A stretch of 64,000 nucleotides of DNA from the NCBI GenBank assembly GCA_027858955.1, contig JAQIBR010000205.1, positions 3,845 through 67,844 of the forward strand, read 5' to 3'. A model generated the notes under the pieces. It worked only from the letters and a program-made list of their open reading frames with translations. It made no database searches and was not told the DNA's origin. Source of the stretch: Bacteroidales bacterium. Its GTDB lineage: Bacteria; Bacteroidota; Bacteroidia; Bacteroidales; UBA12170. A program made the translations under genes and the position numbers. Positions 39,286 through 49,724 of this stretch are shown here, in pieces; the stretch's first letter is position 1, and each line of letters begins with the position of its first letter.

Positions 39286-40149
39286 TTACTTATCATTATT
39301 GATTGTTTTAGTAGAAATATGATAATCTGCCAAATCTTCAATCGGTTTTTGACTAATTTTTCCAAGAATAAACCCTAATTTATTGACAATATACTCCAAT
39401 TCCTTCTTAAAAAACCAAGCTATAGAACCTGTAAAATGAACAGCTAAATTTTTATTCGGATTGAGCGGAGCAACCACTAACTCTAAAAATTCTTCAAACG
39501 TCTTATAAACTAAATCCAATATAAAAGGATTACTGATGTTCTGAGCTATGTATTTTGTAAATGAAGCTAAAAAACGATTAGGGTTTGGCTTTTGATAAAG
39601 TTCAATTAGCAAATCTTCAACTGTCAGATTGAAAGTTTTTTGAAAATCCTGAATTATATTTTCAGGAGCAGTTTTAAGATAAACAGCATGAATTAGTTTT
39701 TTCCCCAACTTATATCCCGATCCTTCATCACCTAAGATATAGCCTAAAGAAATAGCGCTTTTTTGTATTTCTCGACCATTATAATAAGCAGCATTTGAAC
39801 CTGTGCCTAATATGCATGCAATACCTTTCGTAGTTTTGCATAAAGCACGACAAGCACCTTCTAAATCGTGATAGACTTCGATTTTAGAATTGGTGAAAAG
39901 TGCACTTAAGCCATTCAAAATAATTAGTTTATTTGCATTTGTTGAACAACCGGAACCGTAAAAATAAATATTCGAAACAGAAGAAATATCCAAGCTTTCA
40001 AACATTATAAATACTTCCTTAGATATACTTTTAGAATCTGAATAATAAGGATTCAGACCTAATCCTTCAAAATAAGTTCGTTGTCCTGATTCTTTTTCAA
40101 TTAAAACCCAATCTGTTTTTGTAGAACCGCTGTCGGCAATTAATATCAT
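39286..40149 (-). CDS. BadF/BadG/BcrA/BcrD ATPase family, N-acetylglucosamine kinase-like
   Basis: IADSGSTKTDW, ILGTGSN, GYILGDEGSG, FTGSIA. Start at ATG 40149. Confidence 0.85.
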   Translation of the reverse strand: MILIADSGSTKTDWVLIEKESGQRTYFEGLGLNPYYSDSKSISKEVFIMFESLDISSVSNIYFYGSGCSTNANKLIILNGLSALFTNSKIEVYHDLEGACRALCKTTKGIACILGTGSNAAYYNGREIQKSAISLGYILGDEGSGYKLGKKLIHAVYLKTAPENIIQDFQKTFNLTVEDLLIELYQKPNPNRFLASFTKYIAQNISNPFILDLVYKTFEEFLELVVAPLNPNKNLAVHFTGSIAWFFKKELEYIVNKLGFILGKISQKPIEDLADYHISTKTINNDK

Positions 40150-40205
40150 AAAAATGCTTTTGGCTAAATTAAAAAAAACTCGCATTTGAAATACAGATAA
40201 AAAAA

Positions 40206-41258
40206 ATGCACTTTTGTAAAGTGAGTAATCAAAAACAAACAGCGCAAGTTATTTTCATCAGTCTTAACATTTTATTGCTTGGATTTGTTTTTTTAAATTT
40301 AGCAATTGGGTCAGTATCTGTTCCATTTTCCGCTTTTATTCATTTTTTTGATGCTCAATTACCTGAAAATGAAATAATATGGCGTCATATTATTATTGAA
40401 TCAAGATTCCCGCAAATAGTGACAGCTATTTTATCTGGTGCAGCATTAGGATTGGCAGGTTTGCAAATGCAAACTCTTTTTCGAAATCCGCTTGCAGGGC
40501 CGTCCATTTTAGGAATCAGTTCAGGTGCAAGCTTGGGTGTCGCTTTAGTAACACTTGGGTCAGGAATAGGCGGTATTTTTATTGCTCAGAATTTAATGGG
40601 AGGAATAGGAATACATTTAGCTGCATTTACAGGAGCATTTCTTGTTCTTTTTATTGTTTTGTTGGCAGCCAAAAAAGTTAGAAATAATGCTTCTCTTCTT
40701 ATTATTGGAATTATGGTCGGTTATGCTGTTTCATCAATAATCGGGCTTTTAAATTTTGTCGGTCAACAAGGGGAGGTGCATGCATTTGTAATTTGGGGCT
40801 TGGGTAGTTTTGCCAATGTCCAAAATAATCAATTGCTTTTATTCACTGCTTTAGTTTTTCCTGCATTGATTTTGTCAACTTTACTGATGAAACCAATGAA
40901 TGCAATGCTTTTAGGCGATGCTTATGCACAAAATTTAGGAGTAAATCTTAAACAAATTCGCTGGCAATTAATCTTACTTTCGGGTTTTTTAACTGCCATA
41001 ATTACTGCTTATACCGGACCAATTGCATTTATCGGATTAGCAACTCCACATTTAGCACGCTTGCTATTTAAATCTTCAGATCATAAAAAATTAATACCTG
41101 CAGTATTATTACTTGGAATGTTGGTTGCACTTGGCTGCAATTTATTGGCAAGATTGCCTTTTTTCCAAGATGTGTTACCCATAAATGTAATCACATCTTT
41201 ATTTGGAGCTCCTTTGGTAATTTATTTAATTGTTAAACGAAAGCAAATCGGATTTTGA
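40206..41258 (+). CDS. FecCD/BtuC-family iron/cobalamin ABC permease
   Basis: RFPQIVTA, MQTLFRNPLAGPSILGISSGA, GPIAFIGL. Confidence 0.92.
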   Translation: MHFCKVSNQKQTAQVIFISLNILLLGFVFLNLAIGSVSVPFSAFIHFFDAQLPENEIIWRHIIIESRFPQIVTAILSGAALGLAGLQMQTLFRNPLAGPSILGISSGASLGVALVTLGSGIGGIFIAQNLMGGIGIHLAAFTGAFLVLFIVLLAAKKVRNNASLLIIGIMVGYAVSSIIGLLNFVGQQGEVHAFVIWGLGSFANVQNNQLLLFTALVFPALILSTLLMKPMNAMLLGDAYAQNLGVNLKQIRWQLILLSGFLTAIITAYTGPIAFIGLATPHLARLLFKSSDHKKLIPAVLLLGMLVALGCNLLARLPFFQDVLPINVITSLFGAPLVIYLIVKRKQIGF

Positions 41259-42271
41259 TGGACTATACTGATAATATACTTGATATCAGAGATTTGACTA
41301 TTGGCTATTTAAATGACGATAAGGTTGTTACCATACAATCAGATCTCAATTTGCAATTAAAAAAAGGTGAACTTTGTTGTTTGATAGGTCCGAATGGTGT
41401 TGGGAAATCGACATTGTTGAGAAGCATTAGCACTCAGCTTAGCAAATTAAAAGGTGAGATTTTATTAAACGGAATCTCTATCAATGATTACGATAACCAA
41501 ACTCTGGCTAAAACCTTGAGTGTAGTTTTAACGGAAAGTGTTCAAGTTCCAAATTTGAAAGTTAATGAATTGGTAGCTATGGGTCGCTTCCCTTACACTA
41601 ATTTTTGGGGAAAATTAAATAATGAAGATCAGGAAAAAATTGATGAATCTATTCATTTAGTCGGTTTGCAAACTTTAGCAGAGCGAAATTTTATTGAACT
41701 CAGCGACGGTGAAAAACAAAAAGCCTTAATTGCCAAAGCACTTGCTCAGGATACGGCACTTATTCTTTTGGATGAACCAACCGCTTTTCTTGATTTCCCT
41801 TCTAAAATGGCAATATTGGCCGAACTTCGTAAAATTGCACACAGTAGGAATGTAGCTATAATTTTATCGACTCATGATCTTGAACTTGCACTAAAAATGG
41901 CAGATAAAATTTGGCTGTTTCCAAATAAAAATGAATTTAAAACAGGTATACCTGAAGATTTGGTTTTAAGCGGAGCAATAAGCAATGCTTTCTCAAATGA
42001 ATTACTCTCCTTCGATCTGAAAACAGCTCACTTTACACAGCGAATAAAAACAAGAGATATATTAAATGTAGAAGGTAATTCAATTGAAGTGGAATGGTTA
42101 AAACGTGCACTTATTCGGAAAGGAATTAGTGCTAATCCTAATAATAATATGATGTTTAAAGCATTATATGACGGCTCAAATAATAAATATATCCTTCAAA
42201 ATGAGAATGACATAATAGGTATATTTGACAACATCAATGAAATATTAAAAAAAATAGAAAACATAAACTAA
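41255..42271 (+). CDS. FecE/BtuD-like ABC ATP-binding protein
   Basis: GPNGVGKS, LSDGEKQK, LLDEPT, STH. Confidence 0.92.
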   Translation: MMDYTDNILDIRDLTIGYLNDDKVVTIQSDLNLQLKKGELCCLIGPNGVGKSTLLRSISTQLSKLKGEILLNGISINDYDNQTLAKTLSVVLTESVQVPNLKVNELVAMGRFPYTNFWGKLNNEDQEKIDESIHLVGLQTLAERNFIELSDGEKQKALIAKALAQDTALILLDEPTAFLDFPSKMAILAELRKIAHSRNVAIILSTHDLELALKMADKIWLFPNKNEFKTGIPEDLVLSGAISNAFSNELLSFDLKTAHFTQRIKTRDILNVEGNSIEVEWLKRALIRKGISANPNNNMMFKALYDGSNNKYILQNENDIIGIFDNINEILKKIENIN

Positions 42272-42282
42272 AAAACCAAATC

Positions 42283-43926
42283 ATGCAGAAAACACATTTT
42301 TATTTGTTAATCATCATTCTTGGAGTTATTCCTTCTTGCAGCAGTCAGAAAAAAGTAGATTTAATCGTAATAAATACTAATGTTTATACTGTAAATGAAG
42401 AATTTGCAGTTGCAGAAGCTTTTGCTGTTGATGACGGAAAATTTGTTGCTGTTGGTACATCAGAAGAAATTTCTTCTCAGTTTCAAGCTGAAGAAATTCT
42501 TGATCTCAACGGACAATTTGTATATCCCGGATTTATTGATGCTCACGCTCATTTTTTTGGATATGGAAAGGGAATTCAGACTGAAGCTCAACTCTATGAA
42601 ACACAATCGGAAGAAGAAATATTAAACTTATTGGATGGTTTTCAAGAAGATAGACAAAATGCTTGGATTCTGGGTCGTGGATGGGATCAAAACGATTGGT
42701 CTTCTTTAGAATTTCCAAATAAAAATGGCTTAGATATACTTTTCCCTGAAACACCTGTATATTTAACACGCATCGATGGTCATGCCGCCTGGGTAAACAG
42801 TAAAGCACTTGAGCTGGCAGGAATAAATTCCAAAACATATATTGAAGGGGGAGATATAATATTGCAAAATGGAGAGCCAAGTGGAATACTGATTGATAAT
42901 GCAATGAGTTTAGTACGTTCTTTGATTCCTGAGCTTACTAAGTCGGCGCAAATAAAAGCACTGAAAGCTGCCGAAAAAAATTGCTTCGCTGTTGGATTAA
43001 CAGGAGTTACAGATGCAGGGCTCAGCTTAGAAGCAGTTCAATTAGTAGATAGTTTGCATAAATCAAATGGTTTAAGTATTCGAATAAACGCTATGCTAAA
43101 TCCAAGTGAAGAAAATTTCAATTATTTTTTGCCGAATGGACCTTATATTACTGACAAACTGAGTGTTCGTACTATTAAAATATATGCTGACGGTGCTTTA
43201 GGGTCTCGTGGTGCCTGCATGATTGAACCTTATTCTGATAGCCCAAATAATTATGGTTTAATGATTAAGGCAGAAAATTATTATCGTGAAATATGTGCAA
43301 AAGCTATAGAACATAATTACCAGGTTGCAACTCATGCCATAGGTGACTCTGCCAACAGAGTTATGTTACGAATTTATGGCGAAGCACTTAAAGAGAAAAA
43401 CGATAAACGTTGGAGAATTGAACATGCGCAAATAATTGCTCCTGAAGATTTTGAACTTTTCGGTAAATATTCAATTATTCCATCTGTTCAACCAACTCAT
43501 GCAACCTCCGATATGTATTGGGCAGATGAACGTGTAGGTCTGGAGAGATTAAAAGGTGGCTATGCATACAAACAGCTCTTAGATCAGAATAATTGGATTC
43601 CTTTAGGTACAGATTTTCCAATTGAAAAAGTTGATCCACTTTTAACTTTTTATGCGGCTGTTGTCAGGAAGGACCTAAATAATTATCCTTCAGAAGGGTT
43701 TCAAATTGAAAATGCTTTAAGTCGAGAAGAAACATTAAAAGGAATGACTATTTGGGCTGCCAAAACTGCTTTTGAAGAAAATGTAAAAGGCAGTATAGAA
43801 AAAGGGAAATTTGCTGATTTTGTTGTTCTAAATCAAGATATTATGGAATGTAATGATGCAGACATTCCATCAACAGAGATTAATTATACGGTAGTAGGAG
43901 GGGAAATACTTTTTAAAAGGGATTAA
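42283..43926 (+). CDS. Amidohydrolase 3 (YtcJ-like) lipoprotein
   Basis: PGFIDAHAH, RIDGHA, HAIGD, RIEHAQ, GTDFP. Confidence 0.88.
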   Translation: MQKTHFYLLIIILGVIPSCSSQKKVDLIVINTNVYTVNEEFAVAEAFAVDDGKFVAVGTSEEISSQFQAEEILDLNGQFVYPGFIDAHAHFFGYGKGIQTEAQLYETQSEEEILNLLDGFQEDRQNAWILGRGWDQNDWSSLEFPNKNGLDILFPETPVYLTRIDGHAAWVNSKALELAGINSKTYIEGGDIILQNGEPSGILIDNAMSLVRSLIPELTKSAQIKALKAAEKNCFAVGLTGVTDAGLSLEAVQLVDSLHKSNGLSIRINAMLNPSEENFNYFLPNGPYITDKLSVRTIKIYADGALGSRGACMIEPYSDSPNNYGLMIKAENYYREICAKAIEHNYQVATHAIGDSANRVMLRIYGEALKEKNDKRWRIEHAQIIAPEDFELFGKYSIIPSVQPTHATSDMYWADERVGLERLKGGYAYKQLLDQNNWIPLGTDFPIEKVDPLLTFYAAVVRKDLNNYPSEGFQIENALSREETLKGMTIWAAKTAFEENVKGSIEKGKFADFVVLNQDIMECNDADIPSTEINYTVVGGEILFKRD

Positions 43927-43991
43927 GAATTTATTTTTAAGATATTAGGTATTTAAATTGCCTTTCTTTACGCATAACTTTCTAAGTCATT

Positions 43992-44852
43992 TCATTCATT
44001 TTTAGGTTCTACATGAATGTTTATATCCACTTCGATATATATTTTTCGAAGACTTAATTCAAGCTTATCGCATATATTATGTGCATCTCTAACAGACATT
44101 TGGGGTGGTACTTTTAAAACAAAATCAATTATATACAAAGAACCATTCTGACGTGAGCGAAGATTAATAATACAAGTTTCAGGTGGTAATTCTGATTTTA
44201 TGAAGGCATTTAATTTGTTATACTCCATTGAGTCTATTCCTGCATCTATCAGCGGATTAAATGCTTTTTGAATCAATTGATAGGCTTCCTTAATAATTAG
44301 CAAAGCCACTGCTATAGCAAAAATTGGATCAAAAATAGTGATCCCTGTAAGCCAGATAAGTAATATTCCTAAGCTTACTCCCAAACTTGTATATACATCA
44401 GTTTTCAGATGCAATGCATCTGCTTCCAATGCAATAGAATTAGTTTCTTTAGCAACCTTATAGAGTTGTCGACTAACAAAAAAATTGATTACAGCAGAAA
44501 AAAGCATTACACCCATAGCTAAGCCAAATGATGAAATTTCTTCAGGTTTTATCAATTTATGTATTGCTTCATAAATAATCCAGATTGCTGCAATAAAAAT
44601 CAGTAATCCTTCCAATACACCTGAAATATTTTCATATTTCCCATGTCCATAAGGATGCTTAATATCAGGTTCTTTTGCGGAAATTCGAACTGCAATAAAT
44701 GCAATCACCGATGCAAGCAAGTCCATAGCAGAATGTATAGCCTCTGATAAAATACTGACCGATCCACTTAGCAAACCCACTATAAGTTTTAAGAGTGTTA
44801 ACAAAGAATTGGAAAATATTGAAATCGCTGCTATTCTAGCTTTTTTGTCCAT
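43992..44852 (-). CDS. Cation diffusion facilitator (FieF-like)
   Basis: EAIHSAMD, HPYGHGKYE, DALHLKTD, IHVEP. Confidence 0.92.
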   Translation of the reverse strand: MDKKARIAAISIFSNSLLTLLKLIVGLLSGSVSILSEAIHSAMDLLASVIAFIAVRISAKEPDIKHPYGHGKYENISGVLEGLLIFIAAIWIIYEAIHKLIKPEEISSFGLAMGVMLFSAVINFFVSRQLYKVAKETNSIALEADALHLKTDVYTSLGVSLGILLIWLTGITIFDPIFAIAVALLIIKEAYQLIQKAFNPLIDAGIDSMEYNKLNAFIKSELPPETCIINLRSRQNGSLYIIDFVLKVPPQMSVRDAHNICDKLELSLRKIYIEVDINIHVEPKNE

Positions 44853-44986
44853 ATTAGTAGCAAATGTATTATTTATTTCTTATATTTGTGAGTGACTTAA
44901 GTAATTGAATTATTTTATGATTTCTAAAATCATCTTTATAAATAAGATAAATAAATGACTAATTATTTATAATAATCATTAAGATT

Positions 44987-45571
44987 ATGAAGACAGATTT
45001 AAATTATGATCCTGAAGAATGGCGGCGCCTAAGCTTTAAGGATTTAAAACCGGAAGAAATTTACGAGATATCTAACTATGGGCGTTTGCGCCATTGGTCA
45101 ACAAAAACAAATGAATATAAAATAATGAAACTCTCAACAGTTAGAGGGTACCGTTATTTTATGTGGTTTAAATCTATTCAAGGATGGGATAATAAGATTA
45201 AACGGATTATTCATAGGTTAGTGGCCGAAGAATTCTGTGAACATACAAGTGATAAACAAATTTTTGTAATTCATCTCGATCACGATAAGGGCAATAATTA
45301 TTACAAAAATCTTAAATGGGTTACTCGCGAAGAAATGACCTTGCATAACAAGAGTAATCCTAGAGTAATAGAATCACACTTTAAGCGGAGAGGAAAAATT
45401 ACTAATTCTAAGCTTACCGAAGCCGACGTAATCAATCTTAAATTAATGGTGAAGTCAGGTGATCATAAGCTTTATAAAGTAGCTGAGCATTTCGGAATTA
45501 CTCATACTCAACTTAACAGAATTCGAAAAGGGCTTAATTGGGCACATGTTAAATTGCCTGACGAAAAATAG
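44987..45571 (+). CDS. NUMOD4-HNH endonuclease-like protein with C-terminal HTH
   Basis: EEW...YEISNYGR (NUMOD4), IHRLVAEEF..VIHLDHDKGNNYYKNLKW (HNH), KVAEHFGITHTQLNRIR (HTH). TATATTTG promoter at 44881. Confidence 0.8.
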   Translation: MKTDLNYDPEEWRRLSFKDLKPEEIYEISNYGRLRHWSTKTNEYKIMKLSTVRGYRYFMWFKSIQGWDNKIKRIIHRLVAEEFCEHTSDKQIFVIHLDHDKGNNYYKNLKWVTREEMTLHNKSNPRVIESHFKRRGKITNSKLTEADVINLKLMVKSGDHKLYKVAEHFGITHTQLNRIRKGLNWAHVKLPDEK

Positions 45572-45607
45572 CCCAATATAATCTATTCTGTAATTAATTT
45601 TGACAAA

Positions 45608-46891
45608 ATGAGAAAGAAAATTTTGATTCTAATAGCAAGTTTGTTTTTCTTGATATCTGTTCAAGGTCAAACGTGGGAAACAATTGGATCAGGAGTTGCA
45701 GATTTTCTGCTTTCCAATCCAAAGACAGCAAATAGAATGAATACAGATCAGCAAGTGGCATTGAATATAATAGGGAACTTACTAAAAAATGCGGGTGCGA
45801 GAAAACACGATATTAATGTCGCCGAAGCTGGAAAAACTGAAATAAATTTAAGTACTAATACTGGGCAACATATACAACTTGTAGTTGATGCAAATGGAGC
45901 CTTTTATGCATTGAGTAATGGTAAAATATACCCCATTTCTAATAATATTGTAAAAGAAGCTGAAGATTATGTACTTAATCAGCAATCTGGTTACATGAAT
46001 TATGTTAAAAATAATACTGTTCCAGTAAATGATAAACAACTGATGCTTCCTGATTACAATTATTCCAAAATTAAGAATGAATGGGATTCTAAGAAGCCAA
46101 CTAGCAGACAAAATATTATAATGCATAAATCTCCTCTTTACATTTCAGATATCTTAAATATTTTTGAAGTTACAAAGAAAGAGATATATGTATGGTATAG
46201 AAAAGCATTGAAACCTATTGAAGAGCCAGGTTTATATTCCAAATATATTTCGAACAAACTTCCATTAAGACCATTAAAAATAAAAAAAGTTAAGTATGCT
46301 ACAGTTATCAAAGGCTTATTTAATAAGAGTTATATATATCTTTATTTAACAGATACATATTTTAGAGGCGCTTTTGTAGCAAAATGGCTAAATGATATAA
46401 ATAAAGATGGTAGATTTGAATTTGAAGAATTTCAAGATTTGAGACGTAATTTTTATGAGAATGAACCTTTTTTAATTGCAGCAGGGATGTATTCCCAGTA
46501 TTTTTACAATATTAGAATTACAGTATTAAATCAACAAACAGGGAAAATCGTATATGAAAATATTATTCATTCTTCTAATGAAAAGATAGATTCAGGATGC
46601 TTTAAATTTGAAGCTGGCACATTTAATCCTGGGATGTATGTCTTCAACATTTCTATTATTCGAACAAAGACTAATGAAGAATTAAAAAAAATTTCTGACA
46701 AATTCCAAATATTAGCAATTAACCAATCTAAGCATATTGAAAAAAAAGATCGCCCTGTTATTAATACGAACATTAATAAATTTGATTCAAAGGAGAAAAT
46801 GATTAGTGATTTGATACAATTGTTAAAAGATGGGAAAATCTCTGAAGAAACATTCAAGGTTTCAATGAAAGCAATAGAAAATAATAATTAA
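45608..46891 (+). CDS. Secreted hypothetical protein with SHOCT-like C-terminus
   Basis: Signal peptide, DINKDGRFE motif and C-terminal LIQLLKDGKISEETF. Confidence 0.6.
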   Translation: MRKKILILIASLFFLISVQGQTWETIGSGVADFLLSNPKTANRMNTDQQVALNIIGNLLKNAGARKHDINVAEAGKTEINLSTNTGQHIQLVVDANGAFYALSNGKIYPISNNIVKEAEDYVLNQQSGYMNYVKNNTVPVNDKQLMLPDYNYSKIKNEWDSKKPTSRQNIIMHKSPLYISDILNIFEVTKKEIYVWYRKALKPIEEPGLYSKYISNKLPLRPLKIKKVKYATVIKGLFNKSYIYLYLTDTYFRGAFVAKWLNDINKDGRFEFEEFQDLRRNFYENEPFLIAAGMYSQYFYNIRITVLNQQTGKIVYENIIHSSNEKIDSGCFKFEAGTFNPGMYVFNISIIRTKTNEELKKISDKFQILAINQSKHIEKKDRPVINTNINKFDSKEKMISDLIQLLKDGKISEETFKVSMKAIENNN

Positions 46892-47198
46892 TTATGATTA
46901 AAGCTATTGTAGACTGTACTTTTTTTGCTTAAAAAAAATTTAACGCAAGACTTCTATTGAACTGTAGGCTGTCTATTCAATTGTCAAAAACACTTTTTAT
47001 GATGTTTTTATGATGTTGTCTAATACAGGTTCAGATAATTTGGATCAAAGAAAGTTTTTTTGTTTACTATTCGGTATTCTTTCTTATTTCACATATCTAA
47101 ATAAATTAATTTCATTCGTATTTGCTTAATTCGGAATTGTTTGTACTTTTACTAATTCTTGAATATTTATAATTATAAAAATTTAAAACCAATAGACA

Positions 47199-47738
47199 AT
47201 GAAAACAAAAATTACCGGTTTATTAGTGGCCCTCTTATTTCTGGGAGGAGATTTATTTTCAACTTTGCCAGTTGGCCAAAATCCTGAAGTAATTACTTTA
47301 AGCGAAAAAGATGGAGGCCGACTTGATGGCACTGCATGGAGTAGTTCCGAATTGGTTGGCAAAGTCTGGGTTTTGTTTTATTCTGATCCAGATGAAAAAG
47401 ATTTGAATAATGATGCTTCTGAAGCTTTAAAAGCACGTGATTATGCTGATGATGTGTACGGCTCTGTTGCTGTTGTGAATATGGCCGCTACTTGGATGCC
47501 TAATTTTGCAATCAAAATTGCTATAAAAGGCAAACAAAAAAAATATCCTGATACAGTATATGTAAAAGATATGAACAAAACGCTTGTCGCCAAATGGGGA
47601 TTAGCTGATGATTCAAACGATATTGTTGTTTTTGATCCAACTGGAAAGGTGATATTTAGTTTTGATGGACAATTAGGACCGGAAGCTATTGAAGAAATGC
47701 TTAGCCTTATAGATGCTGAAATTGCAAATATGCAGTAG
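47199..47738 (+). CDS. YtfJ family periplasmic protein
   Basis: GGRLDGTAWSSSEL.GKV.VLFY.DPDE..LN and thioredoxin-like remainder. Confidence 0.75.
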   Translation: MKTKITGLLVALLFLGGDLFSTLPVGQNPEVITLSEKDGGRLDGTAWSSSELVGKVWVLFYSDPDEKDLNNDASEALKARDYADDVYGSVAVVNMAATWMPNFAIKIAIKGKQKKYPDTVYVKDMNKTLVAKWGLADDSNDIVVFDPTGKVIFSFDGQLGPEAIEEMLSLIDAEIANMQ

Positions 47739-47758
47739 TCTACTATAAAAAATCAATT

Positions 47759-47800
47759 GAAAAGAGAATTCTGGGTGCTCCTGGAATTCTCTTTTTCTTT
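47759..47800 (+). terminator. Intrinsic terminator after the YtfJ gene
   Basis: AAAGAGAATTC-12nt-GAATTCTCTTT followed by T-rich sequence. Confidence 0.75.
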
Positions 47801-47843
47801 TTTGGGCATACGCTTAACGATTGATAATACCGATTAGTCAACT

Positions 47844-47945
47844 AAATGCCGCATATTTTCACTTCGTTCAATTTGCGCTTTTGTTGATCTATCGGCATTA
47901 ATCCCGAAAATTCGGGATAAATTCAAAATTTGCTATGCGGCATTT
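47844..47945. repeat. MITE-like 102-bp element with 12-bp terminal inverted repeats
   Basis: AAATGCCGCATA / TATGCGGCATTT, with internal ATCCCGAA-AA-TTCGGGAT hairpin. Confidence 0.5.
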
Positions 47946-47991
47946 TGAACTACAATTGGTATAAATTGTAAATTTGCAAAAAAAAAATTCT

Positions 47992-49104
47992 ATGAATTCA
48001 TTAAATCGAAGAAAACAAGCGTTTATTAAACTTGGAAAGTATTTAGACATCTTTTCTGATTCGATGACAATGAATCAAAAGTTTTTAAAGTTAATTGAAG
48101 AACTTGAGCCTAATTACCAAAAGAAATTGCAGTTGATCCATGAACAAATACTGGAGTATATCGAAAATTCTGTTCATTTCAATGCGTGGTTTACCAAAGA
48201 CTTTTTGATACAAGCGATAAAATCTATTGGAGAAAGTCTTACTACTGAAAAAATGAATCTATGGCTTGAAAAACATGAAAATGATATAAATAGTTTAAAA
48301 ACTCCTAAAACCATTGGTGTAGTAATGGCCGGGAATTTACCACTTGTTGGATTTCACGATTATTTATGTGTATTAATCAGTGGCCATAACATTTTGGCAA
48401 AATTATCAAAAGACGACAGTAAGCTACTTCCACTTCTTCAGCAGGTTTTAGCTTCTTTTGAACCCGAACTCGAAAATAAGGCAAATTTTACTCAAGAAAC
48501 TCTAACTGATTTTGATGCTATTATTGCCACAGGGAGCGACAATACCGCACGTTATTTCGAATACTATTTTGGAAAATACCCTAATATTATTCGTAAAAAC
48601 AGAAATGGAATAGCAGTTTTAAATGGGAAAGAAACTGATATTGAGTTAGAAAACTTATCGAACGATATATTTATGTACTTTGGATTGGGTTGCCGTAATG
48701 TTTCTAAATTATTTGTCCCTAAAGGATACTCATTCGACAAATTATTTGAAGCTTTCAATAAATATAGTCATCTGACTCATCATAACAAATACACCAATAA
48801 TTACGATTATAACAAATCTATTTATCTCATAAACAAAATTAAATATTTGGATAATGGATTCGTATTGCTGAAGGAAGACGTCCTATTCTCATCACCTATT
48901 TCCGTGCTATATTTTGAATATTACGAAAGTTTAGAAGATTTAAATAAATTGATTTATAATCAAAAAGATAAGATTCAATGTTTGGTAAGTAAGGAATCTT
49001 TCAAAAAAATTGAGCATTTACCCATTGGTAAAGCACAACAACCAAAATTATGGGACTATGCCGATGGAATTGACACTCTTCAATTTATTTTAAACCTTAA
49101 TTAA
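47992..49104 (+). CDS. Acyl-CoA reductase (LuxC family)
   Basis: GVVMAGNLPLVGFHD, ATGSDNT, YFGLGCRNVSK, LWDYADGIDT. Confidence 0.88.
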   Translation: MNSLNRRKQAFIKLGKYLDIFSDSMTMNQKFLKLIEELEPNYQKKLQLIHEQILEYIENSVHFNAWFTKDFLIQAIKSIGESLTTEKMNLWLEKHENDINSLKTPKTIGVVMAGNLPLVGFHDYLCVLISGHNILAKLSKDDSKLLPLLQQVLASFEPELENKANFTQETLTDFDAIIATGSDNTARYFEYYFGKYPNIIRKNRNGIAVLNGKETDIELENLSNDIFMYFGLGCRNVSKLFVPKGYSFDKLFEAFNKYSHLTHHNKYTNNYDYNKSIYLINKIKYLDNGFVLLKEDVLFSSPISVLYFEYYESLEDLNKLIYNQKDKIQCLVSKESFKKIEHLPIGKAQQPKLWDYADGIDTLQFILNLN

Positions 49105-49213
49105 TGCATTAAATTTCAAACAAATTATTGTTTATAAAACAATTTATATGTCTCATTATCAATTATTTATTTAATTAGTGTAATTTTTATGTAAAAATCT
49201 TAAATAGAAAGGT

Positions 49214-49243
49214 TTTGAAACTTAAAATTTTAATGTAATTTTG
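49214..49243 (+). promoter_or_regulatory. Bacteroidota sigma70 promoter of rpmE2
   Basis: TTTG-N18-TAATTTTG. Confidence 0.65.
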
Positions 49244-49265
49244 CACACCCAAAAACAAAGAAGAA

Positions 49266-49529
49266 ATGAAAAAAGATATCCATCCAACTGATTATAGATT
49301 TGTCGTTTTTAAAGACATGTCAAACGATTATGCATTTTTAACCAAATCGACTGCAAAAACCAAAGAAACAATTGAGTGGGAAGATGGCAAAGAATATCCA
49401 CTGTTTAAACTTGAAATCTCTGACCAATCGCATCCATTTTACACGGGTAAGATGAAATTGGTTGATTCAGCAGGACGTGTTGATAAGTTTAGAAATAAGT
49501 ACAAAAAACATATAGCTGATAAGCAATAA
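49266..49529 (+). CDS. rpmE2: 50S ribosomal protein L31 type B
   Basis: MKKDIHP..YR.VVFKD...SHPFYTGK...AGRVDKF, with no Zn-binding cysteines. Confidence 0.95.
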   Translation: MKKDIHPTDYRFVVFKDMSNDYAFLTKSTAKTKETIEWEDGKEYPLFKLEISDQSHPFYTGKMKLVDSAGRVDKFRNKYKKHIADKQ

Positions 49530-49552
49530 AATATTGTTTGATCAAATGTGAC

Positions 49553-49588
49553 AAAAAGCCCTGATTCAATTTTGAGTCGGGGCTTTTT
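49553..49588 (+). terminator. Intrinsic terminator after rpmE2
   Basis: AAAAAGCCCTGATTCAA-TT-TTGAGTCGGGGCTTTTT. Confidence 0.8.
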
Positions 49589-49724
49589 GTATCATTCAGA
49601 GTTTCTCAAAATATCTTTGTTTAATAAATAATTTTTTTTGGGGAAATCAAAGTTTTTTTTCGTAAACTTGTTATCGATTTTATATTTGTTTAAATTACAG
49701 GATTAACGCAATAAACTTAACCTC

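Noticed and set aside
46994-47015. TTTTTATGATG tandem duplication
   Set aside because: Two copies of an AT-rich 11-mer is unremarkable.
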